32,000 nucleotides of DNA from Candidatus Methylomirabilis oxygeniifera (GTDB taxonomy: Bacteria; Methylomirabilota; Methylomirabilia; Methylomirabilales; Methylomirabilaceae), in the NCBI GenBank assembly GCA_000091165.1, contig FP565575.1, positions 570,001-602,000 of the forward strand, in the 5' to 3' direction. The notes beneath the pieces are model-generated. The model did no database searches, had not been told where the DNA came from, and was given only the letters and a program-made list of their open reading frames with translations. The stretch's first letter is position 1, and each line of letters starts with the position of its first letter. Positions 1-12,078 of the stretch are shown piece by piece. The position numbers and the translations under genes were made by a program.

Positions 1-34
1 TACCGGAGTTGATAGGTCACGCAACGCGTGAGGT

Positions 35-77
35 GTCATTGCGAGGCTCCGACACGTCGGGGTCGAAGCAATCTCGC
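35..77. repeat. Hairpin-forming intergenic repeat unit (GTCATTGCGAGG...GCAATCTC family), copy 1
   Basis: gtcattgcgagg at 35-46 and gaagcaatctcgc at 65-77 (attgc/gcaat arms). The same unit recurs twice, inverted, at 7605-7710. It is bracketed by an imperfect 17-nt direct repeat gcaacNNNtgaggtgtc (21-37 and 86-102, 14/17 identical). Confidence 0.6.
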
Positions 78-125
78 TGACGAATGCAACACATGAGGTG
101 TCGGCGCGGTACGTCCTATTTTCGC

Positions 126-155
126 TTGTTTTGATCTATTTTGACGTGGTATAAA
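126..155 (+). promoter_or_regulatory. Putative sigma70-type promoter of rpsB-tsf with extended -10
   Basis: TTGTTT (126-131), 18-nt spacer, TGg-TATAAA (147-155). It lies about 165 nt upstream of the rpsB start. Confidence 0.4.
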
Positions 156-319
156 TGCAGGGCGTTAGCGGGTGAGAGAACTCGCATCAACTTCACACGC
201 CCCCCGATTCCTACGAGGGTGCCCCTACCGGCTGTGTAGGGGTCTCGCAGGGAGGTGACGAGGGCGGAGGACACAACCCAGAGGGCTGCGCGGAACGGTC
301 AGCCGAACGGAGGAGCAGT

Positions 320-1108
320 GTGGTAACGGTTACGATTAAGGAGCTGTTGGAAGCAGGGATCCATTTTGGGCATCAGACCAAGCGCTGGAACCCAAAGATG
401 AAGAAATTTCTCTTTGGAGAACAGAACGGTATCTACATCATCGATTTGCAAAAAACCTTGAAGAAATTTCATGAAGCGATTGCGTTTGTGAGGGATGTGG
501 CAGAACAAGGCCTGCCGGTCGTGTTTGTCGGAACAAAAAAACAGGCCGCTGATGTGATGGAGCAGGAGGCCAATCGCTGCGAGCAATTCTTTGTGAACCA
601 TCGTTGGCTGGGTGGGACCCTCACCAACTTCCAGACGATCAGGAAGAGCGTAGGCCGGCTGCGCCATATTGAAGAAATGGAGGCCAAGGGCGAATGCGAG
701 CGTCTGACGAAGAAGGAGATTGCGGGGCTGCAGCGGGAGCGTCAGAAGCTTGAATATACCTTAGGCGGTATCAAGGGGATGGAACGGTTGCCGGGTGCAA
801 TCTTTGTGATCGATACCAAGAAGGAGCGGATCGCCGTATGCGAGGCCAGGCGCCTTGGTATTCCGGTTGTTGCCGTTGTGGACACCAACTGCGATCCCGA
901 CGAGGTGGATTATCCGATTCCTGGTAATGACGACGCGATTCGAGCCATTCGACTGATGGCGGGTCGTATGGCCGACGTCATCCAGGAGAGCCGAGCCGCA
1001 CGGATGAAGGCTGCCGAGGATATGGCGGCGGCTCAGGCCGAATCAGCCCCTTCATCAGAGGACATGGGCCCGACCGAAGCGCCACTGGAGATCCTCCAAC
1101 AGATCTAA
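320..1108 (+). CDS. rpsB: 30S ribosomal protein S2
   Basis: 262-aa ORF with S2 hallmarks [22 protein letters not shown] and [15 protein letters not shown] start preceded by GGAGGAG at 309-315. Confidence 0.97.
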   Translation: MVTVTIKELLEAGIHFGHQTKRWNPKMKKFLFGEQNGIYIIDLQKTLKKFHEAIAFVRDVAEQGLPVVFVGTKKQAADVMEQEANRCEQFFVNHRWLGGTLTNFQTIRKSVGRLRHIEEMEAKGECERLTKKEIAGLQRERQKLEYTLGGIKGMERLPGAIFVIDTKKERIAVCEARRLGIPVVAVVDTNCDPDEVDYPIPGNDDAIRAIRLMAGRMADVIQESRAARMKAAEDMAAAQAESAPSSEDMGPTEAPLEILQQI

Positions 1109-1228
1109 GATCCGGCAAAGCGATTCGCTTTAAGTGGAAAAGGCTGAAGGTTGTTCGGTAGTTCTCCTTCAGTCTTCAGTCTAAACGCCTAACTGCTGAG
1201 CGCTATTTTCCAAGGAAAGAGGATAAGG

Positions 1229-3172
<1,944 letters not shown>

Positions 3173-3183
3173 GGGCTGTCGGC

Positions 3184-3225
3184 GGTCAGCTATGAGCTGA
3201 TAGCTGAAAGCTGATCGCTGCATTC
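3184..3225 (+). repeat. Tandem heptanucleotide array (TGANNGC-type, 6 units)
   Basis: ggtcagc tatgagc tgatagc tgaaagc tgatcgc tgcattc, ending 1 nt before the cdsA ATG. TGA at 3198, 3205 and 3212 falls in all three frames. Confidence 0.85.
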
Positions 3226-3226
3226 T

Positions 3227-4030
3227 ATGCATCTGAAAAGAATCCTCAGCGCTGCTGTCCTCCTTCCAGCCTTCCTCCTGCTGGTTCAGTTCGGAACTGC
3301 CCTTCACTTCTTCCTGCTTGTCGCGCTTGCCATCCTGGTTGGGCTGTACGAATTCTACGGGATGGCAAAGGCCGGCGGTTGGCATCCGTTAACGCCCCTG
3401 GGGATGGGGTGCGGTGTGGCGCTGAGTTGTGTAGAGTTTTTCGAGGCGCCGGCGCCATGGCTGATATCGGCTCTGAGTGGGGTGGTTCTCGTCCTGCTTA
3501 CCAGCCTCATGGTGGGAGGAACAGACCAGAAAGAGGCGGCCTCGCGAGGAGCAGTGACGCTGCTCGGCCTGATCTATGTCGCGGGGTTGATGAGCTTTCC
3601 GGCGCTCCTGCGAGCCATGGAGCCGGGGCGTACCTACATCTTATATCTGGTGTTGGTCACGTGGGCAGGCGACACCGGGGCCTTCTATGTGGGCTCAACG
3701 ATGGGGAAGCGATTGCTCTGCCCCTCGGTGAGTCCGCGCAAAACCGTAGAAGGAAGCGTAGGCGGACTTCTCTGTTCAGTGTTGGCGTCCGGCATAGCCA
3801 AGTTGTGGTTCTGGGAGGGGCTTGGGGCCGTTGAGGTTGTTGCGATGGGATTAGGGCTGGGTGTGATGGGCCAGATCGGGGACCTGTGCGAATCGATGCT
3901 GAAACGAAGTTTCGGGGTCAAGGATACCGGTGCGCTGATCCCCGGCCACGGTGGTCTGCTGGATCGCGTCGATAGTCTCCTGTTCACCGGGCCGGTCCTG
4001 TACGTCGCCGCCCTCGCGGGCTGGGTATGA
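3227..4030 (+). CDS. cdsA: Phosphatidate cytidylyltransferase (CDP-diglyceride synthase)
   Basis: Polytopic membrane ORF with the C-terminal CDS signature SMLKRSFGVKDTGALIPGHGGLLDRVDS. Confidence 0.93.
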   Translation: MHLKRILSAAVLLPAFLLLVQFGTALHFFLLVALAILVGLYEFYGMAKAGGWHPLTPLGMGCGVALSCVEFFEAPAPWLISALSGVVLVLLTSLMVGGTDQKEAASRGAVTLLGLIYVAGLMSFPALLRAMEPGRTYILYLVLVTWAGDTGAFYVGSTMGKRLLCPSVSPRKTVEGSVGGLLCSVLASGIAKLWFWEGLGAVEVVAMGLGLGVMGQIGDLCESMLKRSFGVKDTGALIPGHGGLLDRVDSLLFTGPVLYVAALAGWV

Positions 4031-5607
4031 TGTCGGTCTTTCTGGCTGCGTTGTCGGGAGGACTCCTCATCCTGGCGTTTCCGACGCCCGACCTTGGATG
4101 GCTCGCGTTCGTGGCCCTGGTCCCGTTACTGTTGGCGATCCGTGGCCGGACCCCGGTTCGAGCCTTCTATCTGGGGACGTGTGCAGGACTACTCTTTTAT
4201 CTGGTCAGTGTCTCCTGGGTAACGAATTCGATGACGGCGTACGGCGGCGTACCGTTCGCTCTCAGTGCGCTGGCGCTGCTCGTCCTGGCCGCATACCTCG
4301 CGCTCTACCTTGGTCTGTTCGCCATGGGCGCCGCGTGGATGGCGAGGATGCCGTGGCCCCTTAACCTGCTCGCCCCTTCGGCCTTATGGATCGGCTTGGA
4401 GTACCTGCGGACCTATGCGCTGACCGGATTGCCCTGGATCCTCCTGGGGTATACGCAATATCGGAACAGTGCGCTTCTGCCGATTGCCTCGGTTGCCGGG
4501 GTATACGGCCTGTCGTTTATCGTGGTCCTCATCAATATCGCCCTGGCGCAACTGGCTGGAGGCGCGCCGAACCGTCTTCACACGATCGGCGTGGCCGGCG
4601 CGGTTGCTCTGATCCTGGTCTGGTCGCCCAGACTCCTTTCCCCTGCTTCGACCACGCTCAGTGCAGGGCCTTCTCTGTCTGAGAATTCAGGGCAGAGACT
4701 GAGCGTTGCCGTTGTGCAAGGGAACATCGATCAGGCGGTGAAGTGGGACCAGGCGATGCAGGCCGCTACGATTGAGCAGTATCGCCGCCTCAGTCTGGAG
4801 GCGGCAAAGGAGGCCCCCGCCCTTATCGTATGGCCCGAAACGGCCGTTCCGTTCTTTTTTCGATATGAACCGGCGTTGATGGGCCGCGTCTTGGACATCG
4901 CGGCTGAGACCGGCAGCTATCTCCTGGTAGGCAGTCCGGATGCGGAGCCGCCCGCAGGCGCCGATACCCCGACGCGGTATCGCAATAGCGCGTTTCTGAT
5001 CTCTCCCCGGCGGGAACTCCTCAACAAGTACGACAAGATCCATATGGTGCCTTTTGGGGAGTACGTCCCGCTCAAATCGATCCTGTTCTTTGTCAACAAG
5101 TTGGCGTACGGAATCGGTGATTTCGAAGGGGGCCAAACCTACACCGTGTTTGATACCCCCGGCGGACGTTTTAGTGCCACCATTTGCTACGAGGTAATTT
5201 TTCCGGATCAGGTTCGACGCTACGTGAAAGACGGGGCGGAGTTCCTGGTCAATATGACGAACGATGCCTGGTTCGGTCGGTCGGCTGCCCCGGCGCAGCA
5301 TCTGGCGATGGCCGTCCTTCGGGCGGTCGAGAACCGCCGCTATCTGATCCGAGCGGCCAATACGGGTATTTCCGCTATTGTGGATTCCAGTGGCCGGATC
5401 CTTCGTACCTCGGATATCTTTGTGCCGGCCGTGATTGTAGATCAGATTCACGTCGAGCGAACGCAGACGTTTTATACCCGTTATGGCGATCTCTTTGCAT
5501 GGATCTGTGTCATCTTTATTGCTGCAGTATTCATAGCCACGTGGGCCAGAAGCACGGTAAGAATGGCTTCGGTGCCTGCTGCGACTTCACAAAGGAGGAT
5601 GCGATGA
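4027..5607 (+). CDS. lnt: Apolipoprotein N-acyltransferase
   Basis: 526 aa. N-terminal multi-TM region plus a C-terminal C-N hydrolase domain with a canonical Glu/Lys/Cys triad context (VWPETAVPF, YDKIHMVPFGEYVP, ATICYEVIFPD). ATGA overlap with the cdsA stop. Confidence 0.92.
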   Translation: MMSVFLAALSGGLLILAFPTPDLGWLAFVALVPLLLAIRGRTPVRAFYLGTCAGLLFYLVSVSWVTNSMTAYGGVPFALSALALLVLAAYLALYLGLFAMGAAWMARMPWPLNLLAPSALWIGLEYLRTYALTGLPWILLGYTQYRNSALLPIASVAGVYGLSFIVVLINIALAQLAGGAPNRLHTIGVAGAVALILVWSPRLLSPASTTLSAGPSLSENSGQRLSVAVVQGNIDQAVKWDQAMQAATIEQYRRLSLEAAKEAPALIVWPETAVPFFFRYEPALMGRVLDIAAETGSYLLVGSPDAEPPAGADTPTRYRNSAFLISPRRELLNKYDKIHMVPFGEYVPLKSILFFVNKLAYGIGDFEGGQTYTVFDTPGGRFSATICYEVIFPDQVRRYVKDGAEFLVNMTNDAWFGRSAAPAQHLAMAVLRAVENRRYLIRAANTGISAIVDSSGRILRTSDIFVPAVIVDQIHVERTQTFYTRYGDLFAWICVIFIAAVFIATWARSTVRMASVPAATSQRRMR

Positions 5608-6720
5608 TTGCGGAATGTGCGCGCACACTCGATGGTCTGAAGGACAAGTTGCATATCCTCCGGGACTATCTTTGACGTAGCAGGAAAACAGTCGCGTCTG
5701 GCCGCGATCGAAGAGATGCTCCATTCACAGGAATTCTGGGCCGACACCTCCCGCGCCCGGGAGATCATGAAGGAGCAACGCGCGCTCAAGGATGTGGTCG
5801 ACCAACTGGTAGCCATCGGGGGCGAGCTTGACGATCTGGCGGTCTTGCTCGGACTACTGCGAGAGGAAGAAGACCCGCAGGCTCTGAAAGAGTTGGAAAG
5901 TTCGCTGCGAAGCCTGGAGGGTCAGATTGGCGCGCTCGAGCTGACCACGTTTATGGCGGAAGAATACGACTCGGGCAACGCGATCCTCTCCATCAATCCG
6001 GGCGCCGGCGGCACCGAGTCGCAGGATTGGGCGCAGATGCTGCTGCGAATGTACCTGCGATGGGCGGAGACCGGCAGCTACAAGACCGAAATCATCGACC
6101 TACTTCCTGCGGAGGAGGCCGGGATCAAGAGCGCCACGGTGACGGTATCCGGCAAGTACGCGTATGGTCGCCTGAAGGCTGAGATTGGGGTCCACCGCCT
6201 GGTCCGCATCTCGCCGTTCGATGCCAATCACCGCCGGCACACCTCCTTTGCGTCGGTCTTCGTCTACCCGGAGATCGATGAGACCATCGACGTGGCGATC
6301 GACGACAAGGACCTGCGCATCGACACCTACCGCTCCAGCGGGGCAGGCGGGCAGCATGTCAACGTCACTGACTCAGCAGTTCGGATCACGCACCTGCCGA
6401 CAAACATCGTGGTCTCCTGCCAGAATGAGCGGTCGCAGCACAAGAATAAGGCCATGGCCATGAAGGTCCTGCGCGCCAGGCTGTACGACCACTATCGTCG
6501 GGAGCAGGAGAAGGAAATGGCCAAGCTCGAAGGCGAAAAGAAGGACATTGCGTGGGGCAGCCAAATTCGTTCCTACGTCCTCGCTCCATACCAACTCGTG
6601 AAGGACCATCGGACAGGGCTGGAGACCTCCAATGTCGATAAGGTCCTGGATGGAGAGATCGAGCCGTTCATCGATGCGTTTCTCATGAGAGGCCGAATCT
6701 CGCCCGGCGCTGCGAAGTGA
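5604..6720 (+). CDS. prfB: Peptide chain release factor 2, requiring a programmed +1 frameshift at CTT TGA C (5670-5676)
   Basis: Frame-0 segment ATG 5604 to in-frame TGA 5673-5675 encodes MIAECARTLDGLKDKLHILRDYL. Skipping T5673 joins the frame of ORF 5716-6720 (DVAGKQSRLAAIEEMLHSQEFW...), which carries the RF2-specific SPF and the GGQ (SGAGGQHVN) motifs. The ATG overlaps the lnt stop (ATGA) and has SD AAGGAGGA at 5591-5599. Confidence 0.93.
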
Positions 6721-6741
6721 GCGTTGGTCATGGATTGAGCG

Positions 6742-7089
6742 GTGTACTACCTGACGAAACTGATTGTTACCTGCACACTGATTGTCGCCGTCTCCGAGGT
6801 GGCCAAGCGAAGTTCCCTCGTGGCAGCGGTGTTGGCCTCGCTTCCGATCGTCTCGGTCTTGGCCATCATCTGGCTGTATCTGGACACGCGAGACGTTGAC
6901 AAGGTGGCAGGGCTTGCGCGCAGCATCTTCTGGCTGGTCATTCCCTCGCTGCTGCTGTTTGTCAGTCTGCCGATCCTCCTGCGCAGCGGCGTGAACTTCT
7001 ATGTCGGTCTTTCCGTCTCCATCGGCCTGACCTTGGCCGGCTATTTCCTGATGATGTTGGTCCTACAAAAACTGGGGGTCCAGCTCTAA
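6742..7089 (+). CDS. Small integral membrane protein, DUF3147-like
   Basis: 115-aa ORF with four predicted hydrophobic helices and a GTG start. The family assignment is from memory of DUF3147-type sequences only. Confidence 0.6.
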   Translation: MYYLTKLIVTCTLIVAVSEVAKRSSLVAAVLASLPIVSVLAIIWLYLDTRDVDKVAGLARSIFWLVIPSLLLFVSLPILLRSGVNFYVGLSVSIGLTLAGYFLMMLVLQKLGVQL

Positions 7090-7153
7090 GCCTGCGTATG
7101 AGGGCAGGTGAAAAGTAGCCTGTTTGCTTTTTCTTTGCATGGGAGAACCCTGT

Positions 7154-7495
7154 ATGCCGGTTATTCTTCGTACGGGGCTGTTGCTCGCGCTTTCCAACAT
7201 CTTTATGACATTCGCGTGGTACGGCCACCTGAAAAACCTGAACCATCACAGGTGGTACGTTGCCGCGTTGGCGAGTTGGGGTATCGCGTTATTTGAGTAT
7301 ATGCTCCAGGTGCCCGCGAATCGGATCGGCTATACGCAACTGAGCATCTCGCAGCTCAAGATCATGCAGGAAGTCATTGCGTTGGCTGTATTTGCGCCGT
7401 TCGCCGTTGTCTATATGGACCAGCCGCTCAAGCTTGATTATCTTTGGGCGGCATTGTGTCTGCTCGGCGCGGTCTACTTCATCTTTCGCGCATAA
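7154..7495 (+). CDS. DMT-superfamily small membrane protein (DUF486 family)
   Basis: MPVILRTGLLLALSNIFMTFAWYGHLK... matches the DUF486 N-terminus. ATG 7154 is preferred over the TTG at 7124 used by the ORF track. Confidence 0.75.
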   Translation: MPVILRTGLLLALSNIFMTFAWYGHLKNLNHHRWYVAALASWGIALFEYMLQVPANRIGYTQLSISQLKIMQEVIALAVFAPFAVVYMDQPLKLDYLWAALCLLGAVYFIFRA

Positions 7496-7604
7496 TCCCG
7501 ACGTACCGTTTTTGGGAAACAAGGTAATGTTCTAATGTACTTGTAGTTCTCGTCGAGAGATCGGTCCGGTAACGTTGTCATTGCCCAGAAAGTCCCCCTC
7601 GCAG

Positions 7605-7710
7605 GTCATTGCGAGGGAGCGCAGCGGATCGACGCAATCTCACAGTCGTTGGGGCGCATAGAGTCGCCGGGAAAGACAGTGAGATTGCGTCGCCTTTGGC
7701 TCGCAATGAC
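7605..7710. repeat. Inverted pair of GTCATTGCGAG...CGCAATCTCAC hairpin repeat units
   Basis: Unit gtcattgcgagggagcgcagcggatcgacgcaatctcac (7605-7643) and its reverse-complement relative gtgagattgcgtcgcctttggctcgcaatgac (7679-7710). There is a partial third copy, gtcattgc, at 7577-7584. Same family as 35-77. Confidence 0.8.
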
Positions 7711-7789
7711 GTGTAAAAAGGGATTTGTGAGCCAGTGACACTTCCTCCAGCGGGTGTCAATTAGGACAGTACCGGGGAATGAAAAACGC

Positions 7790-7819
7790 TTGACACCTGC
7801 CCTTCGTTTTTGGTATAAA
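7790..7819 (+). promoter_or_regulatory. Putative sigma70 promoter (consensus -35, extended -10) for the M23 peptidase gene
   Basis: TTGACA (7790-7795), 18-nt spacer, TGg-TATAAA (7811-7819). Confidence 0.55.
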
Positions 7820-7893
7820 AGTTCGATTTCCCCTCCCGGCTCATCGGTTGTTCGTAGTTCGTGGCAGAAACAGACTGGAAAGGATTCGGCTCG

Positions 7894-8859
7894 ATGGCGA
7901 AGAAGTTTTATACCGTCCTTGTCCTTCCCGATGCCGGTTCTCAGATTCGAAAGTTTCACATCGCCAAACCCCTCCTTCGCGCGCTTGCCGTCACCGCGAG
8001 TCTCATTTTCGTCGCCTTTCTGTTTCTCATCTATCAGACGGTCAGCAACACTGGGCACCTACTGGAGCTCCGTCAGCTTCGGACGACAGCAAGCGAGCAG
8101 GGTGACTTGTTGCAGAAGTTTGAACGCCTCGAAGATCAAATGACCCAGCTCCGGGAATTCGACGTCCGTTTGCGTACGGCGGCCGGTCTGGAGGTAAAGA
8201 GTGCGGAGAGTTCGATGGTTGGCGTGGGCGGGGCGGATACCTTGAGTTCGCGCGCGCTGATGGTGGCGGCTCTCGCTCATCAAACCCTACCTGCCGGCTC
8301 TTCAACAAAAATCGGGGTTGACAATCTTGGCGGCGAGCTTGATCGCTTAAGCCGCGAGATGAATGATCGTAATAAGAGCTTTCAGGGTCTGATTGGGGCG
8401 CTCGAGGCAAAGCGGAGCCTCCTGGCCTCTACTCCGACGATCTGGCCGGTTAAAGGGTGGCTTACGGCCGGGTTCGGGCAGCGTCGCTCGCCCTTCACCG
8501 GACAACGGCAGATGCATGAAGGGGTCGATATCTCGAACAGCGTCGGTACGCCGATCATCGCCCCTGCCGATGGGGTCGTGACGTATACGGGTCCGCTTGG
8601 CGGTTTCGGCAATGTGGTCTCGGTCAACCACGGCAACAAGATATCTACCTTCTATGCTCACTTACAGCAGCACAAGGTGTCGCAGGGTCAGCGAGTGAGA
8701 AGAGGAGACGTGATCGGTCTGGTGGGGACAACGGGCCGTGTGACCGGGCCTCACCTTCATTATGAGATTCAGGTAAACGAGGTGCCTGTTGATCCGACCA
8801 AGTATGTCATCGACCCGGAAACGGTGAAATTTCTCGGGAACGGTGAATCGGCCGAGTAG
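7894..8859 (+). CDS. M23/LytM-family metallopeptidase (murein DD-endopeptidase-like) with N-terminal TM anchor and coiled coil
   Basis: C-terminal LytM motifs HEGVDI and GPHLHYEI. The N-terminus MAKKFYTVLVLPD is followed by a hydrophobic helix. ATG 7894 is preferred over the GTG at 7861. Confidence 0.88.
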   Translation: MAKKFYTVLVLPDAGSQIRKFHIAKPLLRALAVTASLIFVAFLFLIYQTVSNTGHLLELRQLRTTASEQGDLLQKFERLEDQMTQLREFDVRLRTAAGLEVKSAESSMVGVGGADTLSSRALMVAALAHQTLPAGSSTKIGVDNLGGELDRLSREMNDRNKSFQGLIGALEAKRSLLASTPTIWPVKGWLTAGFGQRRSPFTGQRQMHEGVDISNSVGTPIIAPADGVVTYTGPLGGFGNVVSVNHGNKISTFYAHLQQHKVSQGQRVRRGDVIGLVGTTGRVTGPHLHYEIQVNEVPVDPTKYVIDPETVKFLGNGESAE

Positions 8860-8923
8860 CGCTCGGACCTCTGCCTGTGCGTTGCAGGCAGACAGGTTGC
8901 CTGGTTGCAGAGTGTGGGAATAA

Positions 8924-8956
8924 CCCCTGGAGGAATCGGTCCTCCGGGGGTTTTTT
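8924..8956 (+). terminator. Rho-independent terminator downstream of the M23 peptidase gene
   Basis: 11-bp stem cccctggagga / tcctccggggg (one G-U pair), 5-nt loop atcgg, followed by TTTTTT (8951-8956). Confidence 0.8.
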
Positions 8957-9052
8957 GTCGCTGATCCGAAATCCCCGCCGATGTCCTGAAATGCCTTTCA
9001 ATTCCACATGTGAAAAGACGGGAACAGGGGAGATTTGTCCGCCGCTTTCGGA

Positions 9053-9081
9053 TTGAAGGCTTTCCGCTTCTATGGTAGTAT
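9053..9081 (+). promoter_or_regulatory. Putative sigma70 promoter for secA
   Basis: TTGAAG (9053-9058), 17-nt spacer, TGg-TAGTAT (9073-9081). GGAGGAGAGG SD at 9104-9113. Confidence 0.45.
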
Positions 9082-9122
9082 CCGCTTGAAAATCCGATCA
9101 TCCAGGAGGAGAGGGCTCAAAG

Positions 9123-11948
<2,826 letters not shown>

Positions 11949-11956
11949 CGGGAGAA

Positions 11957-12025
11957 GCGTACAGCGATCAGCGCCGAGATCCCCCCCAACCCCCCTTTGA
12001 TAAAGGGGGGCGCGGGGGGATTTTT
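11957..12025. repeat. Composite repeat: GCNNNCA heptads plus C6/G6 double-hairpin REP-like element (copy A); probably also the secA terminator
   Basis: gcgtaca gcgatca gcgccga (11957-11977), then atccccccc-aa-cccccc-ttt-gat-aaa-gggggg-cgc-gggggg-at followed by ttttt (11979-12025). Confidence 0.8.
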
Positions 12026-12078
12026 GGTAAAGCGGATGAAAGTGAGCGTAACGAGCGTGGGGAATCATCCTGCGTAAG

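Noticed and set aside
4687-5451. Long antisense ORFs opposite well-recognised genes. Examples are 4687-5451 vs lnt, 9384-10364 and 11388-12170 vs secA and its flank, 12328-13239 vs the thiolase, 14956-15582 vs DUF1015, 21772-22281 vs cysE and 29055-29750 vs gcvT.
   Set aside because: Each overlaps a gene with unmistakable family motifs on the other strand. Their translations are Arg/Pro/Gly-rich with no recognisable motifs, which is the usual artefact of high G+C.
5184-5675. 163-aa ORF treated as an independent gene.
   Set aside because: Most of it overlaps the lnt coding frame. Only its last 24 codons (from ATG 5604) are meaningful, as the frame-0 leader of prfB.
7124-7153. Alternative upstream starts from the ORF track: TTG 7124 for the DUF486 gene, GTG 7861 for the M23 peptidase and GTG 29863 for gcvH.
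   Set aside because: The downstream ATGs (7154, 7894 and 29869) have better SD spacing and give N-termini matching the families.
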